Below, one piece after another: positions 29,593 to 40,467 of a DNA stretch of 64,000 nucleotides. Below the pieces are notes generated by a model. It had not been told where the DNA came from. It was given only the letters and a program-made list of their open reading frames with translations, and made no database searches. The position numbers and the translations under genes were made by a program. Source of the stretch: an uncultured bacterium (GTDB lineage Bacteria; Auribacterota; Erginobacteria; Erginobacterales; Erginobacteraceae); contig CAWGIE010000026.1 of NCBI GenBank assembly GCA_963822585.1, positions 224,001-288,000 on the forward strand, given 5' to 3'. Position 1 is the stretch's first letter. The number at the start of each line of letters is the position of its first letter.

Positions 29593-30426
29593 GTGTCGGG
29601 TACAGATTCGATGACTAAACGATCCGGGATAATAACGCTGCTGACGGATTTCGGGGATACGGACTGGTTCGTGGGGAGCATGAAGGGGGTCATTGCCGGC
29701 ATCTGCCCCCGAGCGCGAACCATCGATATCACCCACCAGGTTCCCCCGGGAGATATCCGGAGGGGAGCGCTGGCACTGAAATGCTCCTTTCGGTATTTCC
29801 CCCGGGGTACTGTTCACCTGGCGGTGGTGGATCCCGGCGTGGGATCATCCCGGGCGGTTCTCGCGGCCCGGGGAGGAGATCATCTGTTCGTGGCGCCGGA
29901 TAACGGTCTTCTCAGCTATGTTTTGCCCGCGCTGGCGGATCCGGCCGTCTTCAGCGCCGTTAACGCGCCATTTTTCCGAGCGGAAGTGAGCGACACCTTC
30001 CATGGCCGGGATATCTTCGCTCCCCTGGCCGCCCACCTGGCCGGCGGACTGGAGATCGACCGGGTCGGTCCGCGATGGCCCGCGCCGGTCATGCTGCCTC
30101 CCCCTTTCCTGCACAGGGAAGGGGAGAATCGGTGGGCGGCCGAAATAATCGGTATCGACCGGTTCGGAAATTGTATCACTTCTCTTTTTCAGGAAAATGC
30201 TGAGGTGGTAACAGATTCCGGGAAGATGACGCGGATTATCCTCGCCGCGGGGAAAAAGCGATATTCCTTGCCACTGATGACCGCCTACAACTCGGTGCCC
30301 GCTGGAAGTCGCCTGGCGGTCTGGGGGAGCTGCGGCTTTTTGGAACTGGCGGCAAACGGAGAGAACGCCGGCCGGGATCTCGGTCTTAAAACCGGCGACA
30401 GGGTAGTTATTGACTTCACTAATTAA
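29593..30426 (+). CDS. SAM hydroxide adenosyltransferase (DUF62 family)
   Basis: LLTDFG, VVDPGVG, APDNG, TFHGRDIFAP, IDRFGN. Confidence 0.9.
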   Translation: MSGTDSMTKRSGIITLLTDFGDTDWFVGSMKGVIAGICPRARTIDITHQVPPGDIRRGALALKCSFRYFPRGTVHLAVVDPGVGSSRAVLAARGGDHLFVAPDNGLLSYVLPALADPAVFSAVNAPFFRAEVSDTFHGRDIFAPLAAHLAGGLEIDRVGPRWPAPVMLPPPFLHREGENRWAAEIIGIDRFGNCITSLFQENAEVVTDSGKMTRIILAAGKKRYSLPLMTAYNSVPAGSRLAVWGSCGFLELAANGENAGRDLGLKTGDRVVIDFTN

Positions 30427-30475
30427 TATGTGCCCGGGGGAGGAGCAGGGAAAGATGTTTTGAGAATAGAACCGC

Positions 30476-30570
30476 TGGAGTAATGGAGTGCTGGAGTGAT
30501 GGGGGCTCGGAAGGCGAAATGCCGCCCAGCCGGATCTCAACACTCCATCACTCCAACACTCCATCACTCC
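30476..30570. repeat. TGGAGTNN 8-mer inverted-arm element
   Basis: TGGAGTAATGGAGTGCTGGAGTGATGG ... CAACACTCCATCACTCCAACACTCCATCACTCC. Confidence 0.85.
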
Positions 30571-30637
30571 TTTCTTCTCTCCGATAACTGCGGCTTTTCA
30601 GATGATAATAAACCCTTACCATTTTCCGGAGTGACGC

Positions 30638-31501
30638 ATGGGCGACGTTCGAGTAGGTGTAGCCGGTTGGTCCTACCAGGACTGGAAAGGGGTTGTTTAC
30701 CCGGCGGGAGCCGGAAATCGTTTCGACCAGCTTTCTTTCCTGGCCGACTACTTCGATACCATCGAGGTTAATGTCACTTTCTATCGCATCCCCCAGGCTC
30801 GCCATAGTCTGAGCTGGCTCAAGAGGACCTCTCGCAACCCGGATTTCCGATTCAGCGTCAAGCTGTACCGGCTTTTCACTCACGAACGGGATCAGCTCAC
30901 CTCATCCGATATTCTCCAGTGGCAAGAAGGCATCAGACCTCTCCAGGAAGAGGGAAAACTGGGCGCCGTGCTGGCGCAGTTCCCCTATTCTTTTCATAAC
31001 ACCGAACCCAATCGACAATATCTGGGTCGGCTGACGGAACAGCTCCCGGATTCCCCGTTAATCATCGAGGTCCGGCACCGTTCCTGGGACAGCCCGGAAG
31101 TATTCCGTTTCCTGCTCGATCGGGGGCTCGGTTTCTGCAACATAGATCAGCCCCGGGTATCTTTTTCCTTGCCGCCGCTGAGCCGGGCGACTGCTCCGGT
31201 GGGATACGTCAGGCTTCACGGGCGCAATGTCCGGGACTGGTTCCGGAAGAACGCGGGCCGGGATGCCCGCTACAACTATCTCTATTCCGAGAGCGAGTTG
31301 GCCGATTGGCTGAAGAGAATAAAAGAGGTGGCTGAAAATACCCGCGATCTGTATGTTATAACCAACAATCATTACCGGGGACAGGCTGTCTGTAACGCGC
31401 TGCAGCTCAAAGCGGGGATCGAAGAGCGGCGCGTACCTGTTCCTCCCTTGATGATGGGGGAATATCCGCAGCTGAAAAAGATCGGGAAAATACGTCCGTG
31501 A
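30638..31501 (+). CDS. DUF72 family protein
   Basis: GWSYQDW, IEVNVTFY, QFPYSF, YVRLHGRN, NNHYRG. Confidence 0.9.
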   Translation: MGDVRVGVAGWSYQDWKGVVYPAGAGNRFDQLSFLADYFDTIEVNVTFYRIPQARHSLSWLKRTSRNPDFRFSVKLYRLFTHERDQLTSSDILQWQEGIRPLQEEGKLGAVLAQFPYSFHNTEPNRQYLGRLTEQLPDSPLIIEVRHRSWDSPEVFRFLLDRGLGFCNIDQPRVSFSLPPLSRATAPVGYVRLHGRNVRDWFRKNAGRDARYNYLYSESELADWLKRIKEVAENTRDLYVITNNHYRGQAVCNALQLKAGIEERRVPVPPLMMGEYPQLKKIGKIRP

Positions 31502-31854
31502 AAACCATCGCCATCATCCTCTCCGGGATAGGGATATTCCTCTTTGCCGGGTGTGCCGACACCAATCGGCCGGATTGCCGGATCCTCCTGGAATCTGAAC
31601 CGTCCCCGGCCGAAATCTGGGAAGATGATTATTTTGTCGGTGTGACCCCGAGCACGCTCCGTTATACAATCACCACGGAGGACGCGGACCGGGGCTATCT
31701 CGCTCTTCCTCCTTTTACAATCAGGAAGGAGGGATATAAACCCTATCCCCTGCAGATAAAAGTGGACCTGGAAGAGGGGTATGACTGGGGAGGACTGGTA
31801 GTGCTTGAAAAGGAGGAAGAAGAGACCGGAGATACCGCTCCTGATCATCCGTAA
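31498..31854 (+). CDS. Small lipoprotein (PEGA-like)
   Basis: Lipobox FAGC; SEPSPAEIW...GVTP...KEGYKP. Confidence 0.65.
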   Translation: MKTIAIILSGIGIFLFAGCADTNRPDCRILLESEPSPAEIWEDDYFVGVTPSTLRYTITTEDADRGYLALPPFTIRKEGYKPYPLQIKVDLEEGYDWGGLVVLEKEEEETGDTAPDHP

Positions 31855-31946
31855 ACCGATTCACGCTTGTCCGCTTTAGGCGGCCAAACACAGATCGGAT
31901 TGGTTTTGAACGAGGGTTAAAATCAAATTTTTCGGAGAAAATTTAA

Positions 31947-32753
31947 ATGAAAAAAATTGCTTTCATCGGCGCCGGAAATATGGGGGAAGCGCTGATCCGG
32001 GGGATTCTCGCGCGCGATTTATTTTCCCCGGAGAATATTCTGGCCGCGGATCCGGATGAGAAGCGCCGGGCTCTGATCGGCCGGGAACTGGGTATCGGAG
32101 TAACCGACAGCAACCGGGCGGCAATCGAATTCGCCGGGATCGTTCTTCTGGCCGTCAAACCCCAGATTCTCGACTCCGTTGCCGCGGAGATCTCCCCCCT
32201 CCTCACGGAAAGGCATCTCCTGATCTCCATTCTGGCGGGGATCACAACGAAACGCCTGGAAGACCGCCTGGGCGGGAAAATCCCGGTTGTCCGGGTCATG
32301 CCCAACACCCCCTCCCTGGTCGGCGCCGGGATCGCCGCTATTTGCGCCGGCCGCTATGCCGGTCCCGGCGCCCTGGACTCGGCGGAAGAAATACTGCAGG
32401 CGGCGGGGACGGTCATCCGTCTTCCGGAAGAACTGATCGACGCGGTTACCGCCGTCAGCGGCAGCGGACCGGCGTACCTATTCCTCTTTACCGAGGCCCT
32501 GGCCCGCGCCGGCCGCAAGATGGGTCTTTCCCCGGAGCAGGCGGACGTTCTGGCCCGGAAAACAGTTGCCGGAGCCGGGAAACTGTTGGAAGAAAGCGGA
32601 CGGAGCCCGGAAGATCTGAGGAGGAATGTCACCTCACCCGGGGGAACTACCGAGGCGGCCATCCGGACCTTCAATCGGTTAGGATTCGACGAGGTCGTGG
32701 AAAAGGCGGTCGAAGCGGCCTATCGAAGAGCGAAAGAACTGGGAAATAAATAG
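31947..32753 (+). CDS. proC: Pyrroline-5-carboxylate reductase
   Basis: IGAGNMG, RVMPNTP, SGSGPAY, VTSPGGTT. Confidence 0.97.
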   Translation: MKKIAFIGAGNMGEALIRGILARDLFSPENILAADPDEKRRALIGRELGIGVTDSNRAAIEFAGIVLLAVKPQILDSVAAEISPLLTERHLLISILAGITTKRLEDRLGGKIPVVRVMPNTPSLVGAGIAAICAGRYAGPGALDSAEEILQAAGTVIRLPEELIDAVTAVSGSGPAYLFLFTEALARAGRKMGLSPEQADVLARKTVAGAGKLLEESGRSPEDLRRNVTSPGGTTEAAIRTFNRLGFDEVVEKAVEAAYRRAKELGNK

Positions 32754-32781
32754 AACTTACTCGAAAAGATCGTAAGTTCTC

Positions 32782-32934
32782 AAATCCTAATATCTAAATA
32801 CTGAATCCCAAACAATATCAAATGACCAAAATTAATAAATCCCAAACAAGGGGGCTAAAAACAGCGATATTTTGAGCATTTGAACATTGGGATTTAAAAT
32901 TTATTTAGGATTTCGATATTAGGATTTAGGATTT
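32782..32934. repeat. AAATCCT 7-mer inverted-arm element
   Basis: AAATCCTAATATCTAAATAC... / ...AGGATTTCGATATTAGGATTTAGGATTT. Confidence 0.8.
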
Positions 32935-32969
32935 CCTGCTCGAAATCCTTTTCGAGCAGGGTCTATCTC

Positions 32970-33836
32970 ATGGGCATTATCGGGCTGCTTTTTTCAATTT
33001 ATTTCCTTCTTCTCCTGATCCGGGCGCTCATCCCCGATACCGGCCAGATTGCGTTCAACCGTCCTTATCGGCTGATCGTTAAGCTGACGGAACCTGTGGT
33101 AGCTTTCCTGGCCCGGTTATTTCCGGGACGGACCGGTCGGGCGGCGCCGATTCTGGGGATACTTCTCTTGATCATATTTCACGGAGTCCTCTATGCCGGA
33201 GAGACCGGCCGCGAATCAAGTCTTTTCCCCTGCGGCATCTCCCGCTGGGTATTCGTTACCGCCGTACCCTTCTGGGGCGTGGGGAAGAGTTTCGCTCATT
33301 ATTCGCTTTTGACCTATCGCTTCCTCTCTCTTCTCCTGGCGATCACGATCCTTTCTCCTCAGGCGTCGGCATCGGACCAGGTTTCCCGTCTGGCAAAAAG
33401 TCTTCTCCAGCCGGTGCTCGCTCCCCCCTGGAGACGCTGGATGGCGGCGGTAGCCCTCCCGGTGGGCGCCACCGTGATGATCATCTTCCTCCGGGAGCTG
33501 TATCAGGGAGTCGGGTGGTTGGGAAAAGAAGGCATCAACCCGGTCGGGGCGTTTCTCGACAGCGTCGCCCTGCTTATTCAACTCCTCACGCTTATTGTCT
33601 ACCTCCTTATTTTTCGCGCGGTTATTTCCTGGTTTCCGGCCATCCGTGGCTACGGCGGGGCGCTTTCCTGGCTGGAGTTCTTCACCGAACCGTTTCTGAG
33701 GCCCTTCCGGAGAATGGGTCTTTCCCTGGGATCGATTGATTTAACGCCCCTGGCGGCGGTTTTCGCCATCATCATCACCCAGAAGGTGCTCCTGGGTATT
33801 TTGGGGGAAATATACACCGTCTTTCCCGGAGGATGA
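32970..33836 (+). CDS. YggT family membrane protein
   Basis: LTEPVV and FTEPFLRPFRR...IDLTP repeats; proC-yggT-yggU order. Confidence 0.8.
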   Translation: MGIIGLLFSIYFLLLLIRALIPDTGQIAFNRPYRLIVKLTEPVVAFLARLFPGRTGRAAPILGILLLIIFHGVLYAGETGRESSLFPCGISRWVFVTAVPFWGVGKSFAHYSLLTYRFLSLLLAITILSPQASASDQVSRLAKSLLQPVLAPPWRRWMAAVALPVGATVMIIFLRELYQGVGWLGKEGINPVGAFLDSVALLIQLLTLIVYLLIFRAVISWFPAIRGYGGALSWLEFFTEPFLRPFRRMGLSLGSIDLTPLAAVFAIIITQKVLLGILGEIYTVFPGG

Positions 33837-33837
33837 T

Positions 33838-34134
33838 ATGGGATCACTGGAGATTCAGGAGAAGAACGAGGGGGTCAGTTTCCGGGTCAAACTGCATCCT
33901 CGGGCGGGACGCGACCGTATTGCGGGGGTCGTTAACGGCCGGTTGAGGATCGACGTCTGCGCCCCCCCGGTCAAGAATCAAGCCAATCGGAACTTGATCA
34001 AAATTCTGGCTAAAATCATTGGAATGCCGCGGGACGCGGTGACGATAGTAAGAGGAGCAACCGGTCGGGATAAAATAATCGCCATCCGGGGCCTGACCTC
34101 GCCTGAATTGAGAGACCGTTTGAAAGTGGATTGA
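33838..34134 (+). CDS. DUF167/YggU family protein
   Basis: VKLHPRA, APPVKNQAN, GATGRDK. Confidence 0.85.
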   Translation: MGSLEIQEKNEGVSFRVKLHPRAGRDRIAGVVNGRLRIDVCAPPVKNQANRNLIKILAKIIGMPRDAVTIVRGATGRDKIIAIRGLTSPELRDRLKVD

Positions 34135-34245
34135 GATTTTACCATCAGCAGTATATGCATTGTGTTGCCGGGAGTTTAGAGTAAGGGATACTCTGTACGC
34201 CGCAATCAGTTGAATAATATATCATTTTTACGGAGCAAAAATTAT

Positions 34246-35406
34246 ATGACGGAACGTTTCACAGAACGACTGGTCAGACGCCTTGACCATGTCGATCGCC
34301 GGAAGGTGGGCGAATATTTGATCGGACTGGCCCGGGAAAAAGGCCTGCTGGAAAACATCTTCAACAGCATGCAGGAAGGGCTGCTCGTCATCAACCCGAC
34401 CGGCATGATCGTTCTCATCAACGAGCCGGCGGCCCGGCTGCTGGGCATCCCGGTTGATTCTGTGGGGCTTCCCTATGAAGACAGTATCCGGGACCCGGGG
34501 CTCCGGTCCATTATCAGCCAGGGTTTTGAAGTGCCGGGGCAGGCGTTAATCCGGGAATTTATCATCATTCGCCCCGCGCCGCGTTGGGTTCGCCTGAGCC
34601 GCACCTCCCTCCGGGATAGCGAGGATCATTTCCGGGGGATCATGATGGTTCTGGCCGATATCACGCGTCAGCGGAAAGCCGAAGAGGAGATCAGCCTGGT
34701 TGAACGGCTGGACTTCCTCAGCCACCTCACCGCCGGGGTCGCTCACGAGATCGGGAACCCCATCGGTTCCCTTGCCATCCAGGTCCAGCTTGTGGAACGG
34801 CAGGTCCGGGAACTGGATTCCCCCCTCCGGGACAAGCTGCTGAGAACCGTCTCTCTCATCAATGAAGAATTACGGCGGCTGGATCTCATCGTTGACCAGT
34901 TTCTCAAAACCCTCCGCCCCGACGAACTTCATCTGCGCAAGAACAACCTGGTCGCGGTGACGGAAGATATCCTTGCCCTGGTAGAGGAGGATCTCCGGGA
35001 AAAAGATATCACCCTGGAGAAGATCTTTCCGCCACAGGGTATTTGGGGGAGAATGGATGAGAACCTGATTAAGCAGGCGATTCTGAACCTGGTCATCAAT
35101 GCCGGGCAGGCGATGCCGAGGGGAGGGAAGATCACGGTCCGGATGGAAGAAGAAAACACCTATCTCAAGTTCTCGATAACCGACCAGGGAACGGGTATCC
35201 CCCGGGAAAAAATAAGCCGCCTTTTTGAGCCGCTTTTTACTACCAAGGAAACCGGCTCCGGTCTGGGACTTTTGGTTGTATACAAGGCGATCCGGCAGCA
35301 TGGGGGCTACGTCGAAGTCACCAGTCAACCGGGGAAGGGGACCACCTTCACGATCTGGCTTCCCCAGCGGCCGGATCGGATAAAGCTGCTGCCGGCAGGG
35401 GAGTAA
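34246..35406 (+). CDS. PAS sensor histidine kinase (NtrB-like)
   Basis: AHEIGNP H-box, NLVINA, DQGTGI, GSGLGL. Confidence 0.92.
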   Translation: MTERFTERLVRRLDHVDRRKVGEYLIGLAREKGLLENIFNSMQEGLLVINPTGMIVLINEPAARLLGIPVDSVGLPYEDSIRDPGLRSIISQGFEVPGQALIREFIIIRPAPRWVRLSRTSLRDSEDHFRGIMMVLADITRQRKAEEEISLVERLDFLSHLTAGVAHEIGNPIGSLAIQVQLVERQVRELDSPLRDKLLRTVSLINEELRRLDLIVDQFLKTLRPDELHLRKNNLVAVTEDILALVEEDLREKDITLEKIFPPQGIWGRMDENLIKQAILNLVINAGQAMPRGGKITVRMEEENTYLKFSITDQGTGIPREKISRLFEPLFTTKETGSGLGLLVVYKAIRQHGGYVEVTSQPGKGTTFTIWLPQRPDRIKLLPAGE

Positions 35407-35413
35407 TGAATCA

Positions 35414-36784
35414 ATGCCCGCGGTTATCCTGATAGTCGAAGATGAGAAAAACGCCCGTGAAGGCATTCGGGAAGCCGTCTCTTCACCCGGCCGCGCCGTC
35501 CTGACGGCGGAGAACGGATTTCAGGCCGAAGAGATCGTCAGAAACCGGTCCGTCGACCTGGTTATCTCGGATTTAAAAATGCCGGGAATGACCGGCCTGG
35601 AGCTCCTGAAAAAAGTTCAGGCGTTTTCACCAAACACCATTTTTATCATCATGACGGCATACGGGACCGTCGGTACCGCCGTCGAGGCCATGAAAAAAGG
35701 GGCGTATGATTATCTTACCAAGCCGATTCATCTTGACCAGTTGGAGATATTGATTTCCCGGGCCCTGAAGGAGAGAGCCCTTGAAGCAGAAAACGTGTAT
35801 TTGAAGGAACAGCTACAGAAACAATACGGACTGGAAAACATGATCGGCCATAGCGGGGTCATGGAAAAAGTTTTCGAAACGATCCGACAGATCAGTCCCA
35901 GTGATGCCACCGTCCTGATTACCGGTGAGTCCGGGACCGGGAAGGAACTGGTCGCCCGGGCGATCCACCATCAGAGTCCGCGGAGAAATAATCCCTTTAT
36001 CCCCATTCATTGCGCGTCGCTTTCCCCGTCCCTTCTGGAGAGCGAGCTGTTCGGCCATGAGAGGGGGTCTTTTACCGGAGCGATAGCTCAAAAAAAAGGG
36101 AAATTTGAGGTCGCTGACGGGGGGACCGTATTTCTGGACGAGGTCGGCGAAATTCCCCTGGAGATGCAGGTGAAGCTCCTTCGTTTCCTGGAAATGCGGG
36201 AACTGGAGAGGGTTGGCGGGACCACACCCATCGCGGTGAACATCCGGCTCCTGGCGGCTTCCAACGTCAGACCAGAGGAACTTGTCCGGGGACATCGGCT
36301 CCGGGAGGATCTTTTCTACCGCCTCAACGTGGTCAGGATCGAGCTGCCCCCCCTGCGTGCAAGACGGGAGGATATACCGCTCCTGATCCACGACTTTATC
36401 AGCGAGTTTAATCAATCCAACCAGAAACAGGTCTCCTCGATCACTCCGCGGGCGCTCCAGGTTCTCCAGTCTTATGACTGGCCGGGCAATGTCCGGGAAC
36501 TGAAAAACTGCCTGGAGAGCATGATGGTTTTGACCAAGAAGAATATTTTGGGGGTCGATGATATCCCCGCCCCGATCAAACCCGCCCGCCCGATTACGGC
36601 GCCTCCTTCAGACAATCTTAATATCAAAATCATGGAGAAGGAGTTGATCAGAAACGCCCTGGATCGGGCGGGCGGCAATAAGCAGAAAACCGCCCTCATT
36701 CTCGGCATCAGCCGGCGGACCCTTTATCGGAAGATGGAAGAGTATGGACTGACGAAAAAAAGGAATGATGGAGTGGTGGAATGA
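35414..36784 (+). CDS. Sigma54-dependent response regulator (NtrC family)
   Basis: REC domain, GESGTGKE, GSFTGA, WPGNVREL, Fis-type HTH. Confidence 0.95.
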   Translation: MPAVILIVEDEKNAREGIREAVSSPGRAVLTAENGFQAEEIVRNRSVDLVISDLKMPGMTGLELLKKVQAFSPNTIFIIMTAYGTVGTAVEAMKKGAYDYLTKPIHLDQLEILISRALKERALEAENVYLKEQLQKQYGLENMIGHSGVMEKVFETIRQISPSDATVLITGESGTGKELVARAIHHQSPRRNNPFIPIHCASLSPSLLESELFGHERGSFTGAIAQKKGKFEVADGGTVFLDEVGEIPLEMQVKLLRFLEMRELERVGGTTPIAVNIRLLAASNVRPEELVRGHRLREDLFYRLNVVRIELPPLRARREDIPLLIHDFISEFNQSNQKQVSSITPRALQVLQSYDWPGNVRELKNCLESMMVLTKKNILGVDDIPAPIKPARPITAPPSDNLNIKIMEKELIRNALDRAGGNKQKTALILGISRRTLYRKMEEYGLTKKRNDGVVE

Positions 36785-36844
36785 TGGAGTGATGGTCCGG
36801 AGGGCGTCCTCCAGTACTCCAACACTCCAGTACTTCATTATTCC
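36762..36844. repeat. TGGAGTNN 8-mer inverted-arm element overlapping regulator stop
   Basis: GGAATGATGGAGTGGTGGAATGATGG ... CCAGTACTCCAACACTCCAGTACTTCATTATTCC. Confidence 0.8.
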
Positions 36845-36884
36845 TTGTCGATCAATCAAAATAGAGGTAAATCTGTGTGAATTC

Positions 36885-37322
36885 ATGGCCGCCATGAAAC
36901 CTCATTCGACAACCATCTCCTACCGCGTTCCCTACGCGGACACCGACCAGATGGGTATCGTTTACTACGCCAACTACCTGGTCTATTTCGAACGTCTGCG
37001 GAACGAGCTCCTGAGGGAGACCGGTACCCCATACAAAATCTGGGAAGAAAAAGGGCTGCTGCTGCCGGTGATTGAGGCATTCTGCCGTTACCGCGCCCCC
37101 GCGCAGTATGACGATTTGCTGACCGTCTCCGGACGGATCACCAGCGGCAAGGGCACCCGGATCCGAATCGACTATGAAGTGTGTAAAGGGGAACTCGTCC
37201 TGACGGAAGGATATACCATTCATGCCTGTCTCAACCGCTCCGGTCGCCCCACACGGATACCGGAAGAGCTGGCGGGGACTCCCGGCATTGACAAGAGGGA
37301 TCAAAACCATGACAGAAACTGA
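36885..37322 (+). CDS. Acyl-CoA thioesterase (YbgC/4HBT family)
   Basis: YADTDQMGIVYYANYLVYFE. Confidence 0.9.
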   Translation: MAAMKPHSTTISYRVPYADTDQMGIVYYANYLVYFERLRNELLRETGTPYKIWEEKGLLLPVIEAFCRYRAPAQYDDLLTVSGRITSGKGTRIRIDYEVCKGELVLTEGYTIHACLNRSGRPTRIPEELAGTPGIDKRDQNHDRN

Positions 37323-39102
37323 AGAAATACGTTATCGCCCCCCCCTGGTTACCGTCGCTCTCATCCTTTTCTGTTTTATTTATCTCACCTACACCTGGGC
37401 TCATTTCTGGAATACAAACGAATACAGCCGGTTCTTCCTGACTCAGGCTCTGATCGAACATCAGAGTTTTTCCATCGATAAAATCATCTTCGAACATGAT
37501 ACCCAGGATAAATCATTTTATCAGGGGAATTTTTATTCCAACAAGGCCCCCGTCTCATCATTTCTGGCCGCTCCCGCTTACCTGGCGATACGGTTAACCG
37601 AAATATATGCCCGCATCCCGATTGGAGAGGGGATGACTCTTTATCTGATCAAGGCCTTCACGGTCAGCCTCCCTTCAGCGCTGTTCCTCCTGCTCCTTTT
37701 CAAGTTCTGGTCATCGATTACTCTTCACTATTCAATCCGGCGCGCGGTCTTGATCGTGTACGCACTGGGAACCATGATCTGGCCTTATTCCGCCATGTTT
37801 TACGGTCACCTCCTGGCCGCCATGAGCCTGGCTCTGGCTTTCCTGATTATCTGCGCCACGAAAGATGCCGTTTCCGGATCGAAGACCCTCTTTGAAAGCG
37901 GTTTCTTCTGCGGACTGGCGTTTTCAATTGAATACCCAACCGCTCTGATCTCGATCTGCCTTTTCATCTACGCGGCGGCGACCATGAAAAAACTCCGTGC
38001 TTCTTTATACCTGCTGCTAGGGGTCGCCGCAATCTGGGCCATCTGGTCCTTTTTTGACCCGATACAGGCCGCGGTCGCCCCCCACATTAAAACACTCATC
38101 GAACCGCATCGGGCGGTGATGATTATTTCCATCGTCTTTACCGCGCTGATCGGACTCGGGGCCGTTTCCCGAGCTCCGAGCCTGCTGTTTTTTTTCCTCG
38201 GGGCCGCGCCTCTGGCCGGGATCACCCTCTATTACCATTGGAAATGTTTCGGGGGGCCTCTCCAGTTCCCCTATTACTTCGAATCCTATCGCCAGTTCGC
38301 CGTCGCCCATCAGGCGGGAATCGCCGGGGTCTCCTTTCCCTCGAACTTGAGCGATCTGGGAACACGTTTTTCTATTCTTCTCCAACTCCTGATCAGTCCC
38401 TATCGCGGCCTCTTTTTCTATTCCCCCTTCCTTCTGCTCGGGATCAGCGGGATGATTAAAATGATCCGTGACGAGACGTGGAAAAAAGAAGGGCGGCTCT
38501 TTCTGGCCATCACCATCGTCTACTTGTTATTTCTGTGTTCCTTCACCGATTGGGAAGGCGGCTGGTCCCTGGGCCCGCGTCATCTGGTCCCCCTGCTGCC
38601 GTTTCTGGCGACCGCCGTCGTATATCAGCTGGGAACGGTCGGTCAGAAAACCAGGAGCACCCTGGTCTGGGTGATGGCAATCCTGGGCATGGTCTCAATC
38701 GCCTTTATATTTATCGGGACTGTCTCATTCCCCTACCTGCCCAAGGAATTGAAGAATCCCCTCTATGATCTTTCCTGGCATTTACTGGTTAGCGGGAAGA
38801 TGGCCCCCACTCTTGGGGAACTCTGCGGCCTTAAGGGATTTCTTTCCCTGGTTCCCCTCGCTGCCCTGGTAATGGTATTGACATTCATCTTCCTGAAGGA
38901 TCTCAGTCGTTTCGCCGGACATACGGTTCCGACCCGGGTCATCTTCTGCCTGGTGAGCGTTGCCGCGGCCGCGGCCATCTTGCTGACCTGGGGAATGGTC
39001 AGCCGGTGGCGGACGGAGCGGCTCTCCCCGTACCAACAGGGACTCCAGGGGGCTCAAATGAGACGTGTGACCGCCTTTATGGAGAGAGCAGAGAGGGAAT
39101 AA
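37309..39102 (+). CDS. Polytopic membrane protein, possible GT-C glycosyltransferase
   Basis: Many TMs; NEYSRF, YSNKAP, GLFFYSP, WEGGWSLGPRHL. Confidence 0.6.
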   Translation: MTETEEIRYRPPLVTVALILFCFIYLTYTWAHFWNTNEYSRFFLTQALIEHQSFSIDKIIFEHDTQDKSFYQGNFYSNKAPVSSFLAAPAYLAIRLTEIYARIPIGEGMTLYLIKAFTVSLPSALFLLLLFKFWSSITLHYSIRRAVLIVYALGTMIWPYSAMFYGHLLAAMSLALAFLIICATKDAVSGSKTLFESGFFCGLAFSIEYPTALISICLFIYAAATMKKLRASLYLLLGVAAIWAIWSFFDPIQAAVAPHIKTLIEPHRAVMIISIVFTALIGLGAVSRAPSLLFFFLGAAPLAGITLYYHWKCFGGPLQFPYYFESYRQFAVAHQAGIAGVSFPSNLSDLGTRFSILLQLLISPYRGLFFYSPFLLLGISGMIKMIRDETWKKEGRLFLAITIVYLLFLCSFTDWEGGWSLGPRHLVPLLPFLATAVVYQLGTVGQKTRSTLVWVMAILGMVSIAFIFIGTVSFPYLPKELKNPLYDLSWHLLVSGKMAPTLGELCGLKGFLSLVPLAALVMVLTFIFLKDLSRFAGHTVPTRVIFCLVSVAAAAAILLTWGMVSRWRTERLSPYQQGLQGAQMRRVTAFMERAERE

Positions 39103-39274
39103 GGGAAAAAATCGAATTCCGAAATCCGAATGTCGAAATCACAAACCCGGAATACGCCAAATATATGCTTCGGGTTGGGAGAGCCATACCGGGAGAGAAT
39201 GGAGTATCTTTTACCCCTCCGTATCTGATCGGATACAGGCAACTGATATTTAAAATTTTTCCTCAGGAAAAATT

Positions 39275-39952
39275 TTAAAAGGAGTACTCGAGCCCGGCCC
39301 GAACCTGCCAGTTGTCCAGCTCAGTGTCATCTTTCACGGTAATCGACCCTTTCTCCGGGTTGGAATGGGTTTGTTCACGGTCGATATCGGTGAAGACGTA
39401 CCGGGCCTCCACGTTCAGGAAGATGTGTTTACTGAGCGTAAAATCAGCCCCTGCCGCGGCATGCACCGACCACTGTCCGGTCACTTTCCCGGTAATGGTG
39501 AACGGATAGGTTTTACCGTCGACAACGACATTGTAACTGCCATCGATATCCGAATCAATCTGGTAATACCCTCCGCCCAGGCCCAGGTAAGCCCGGGCGG
39601 CCTGCTCCATGATGGGCGCGTAAATCATCGCGGTTAGATATATCGGATAGACCCGGTCCGTTTCTTTATAGGTTACCGGTCCCGGAGCGGAGGAATAGGG
39701 CATGACGATATCTCCCTCATCCAGACTCCAGCGAAAATAGTCAACCCCCATCTCGATCCCCAGGGTATCGGTAAACTTATACTTGGCGATGGCCCCGTAA
39801 CCGAATTCATGCTCGAAATCAGAATCCTTGGGGTTGATATAGATGCCATGAGCCCCCACCCGAAACTCCCCGTATTTCAATTCTCCCCGGCCCTCTTTGG
39901 CAAACAGGCAGAAAAACAACGATAACACCCCGATCAACGCGACTGTCTTCAT
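39275..39952 (-). CDS. Outer-membrane beta-barrel protein (OmpW/OmpA-like)
   Basis: Signal peptide, alternating beta-strands, YLGLGGGY, C-terminal LEYSF. Confidence 0.8.
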   Translation of the reverse strand: MKTVALIGVLSLFFCLFAKEGRGELKYGEFRVGAHGIYINPKDSDFEHEFGYGAIAKYKFTDTLGIEMGVDYFRWSLDEGDIVMPYSSAPGPVTYKETDRVYPIYLTAMIYAPIMEQAARAYLGLGGGYYQIDSDIDGSYNVVVDGKTYPFTITGKVTGQWSVHAAAGADFTLSKHIFLNVEARYVFTDIDREQTHSNPEKGSITVKDDTELDNWQVRAGLEYSF

Positions 39953-40349
39953 TACGATTCCCTCTCGCATGTCCTGATTATTCAGTTACGGTGGATGGCG
40001 ACCGGCATTTATCCGTATGTCTTACTACGGCATAGCGGCGGCATTTGTTCACTCAAAAACGTTCCCCGTCCTGAACGGTCCGGTCTGGAGGACGGCACGC
40101 ACCGATGAAAAGATGCACTAAGTATAAACGTATTCCATTCTCTGTAAAGTGAAATAACGGTGTCTGCTCCGGGAAACCGTCCGCCGCGTCTGCCCGGCTC
40201 ATATTTGTTCTCGATTTTGCTTTTCTCTTGATTCCGGATGATTCTGATTGCTATAGTTGCGCCTGCAGAGTGGGGAATACGCGGATGGGGCAAAAAGGGT
40301 TCTTGTATCCCTTACCCCTTAACCCTTATCTCTTATATCTGTCTTTATA

Positions 40350-40424
40350 CGGGGCGTGGCGCAGTCCGGTTAGCGCGCCTGAATGGGGTTCAGGAGGCCC
40401 CCGGTTCGAATCCGGGCGCCCCGA
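40350..40424 (+). tRNA. tRNA-Pro(GGG), CCA not encoded
   Basis: CGGGGCG/CGCCCCG acceptor, CCTGA-ATGGGGT-TCAGG anticodon arm, GGTTCGAATCC. Confidence 0.96.
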
Positions 40425-40467
40425 TATCAATCGAATAAGGAGCAGGCAATTCGGGTAGAGCAATAGC

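Noticed and set aside
29593..30426. Fluorinase/chlorinase
   Set aside because: TFHGRD motif and housekeeping context fit the widespread DUF62 SAM hydrolase, not a halogenase
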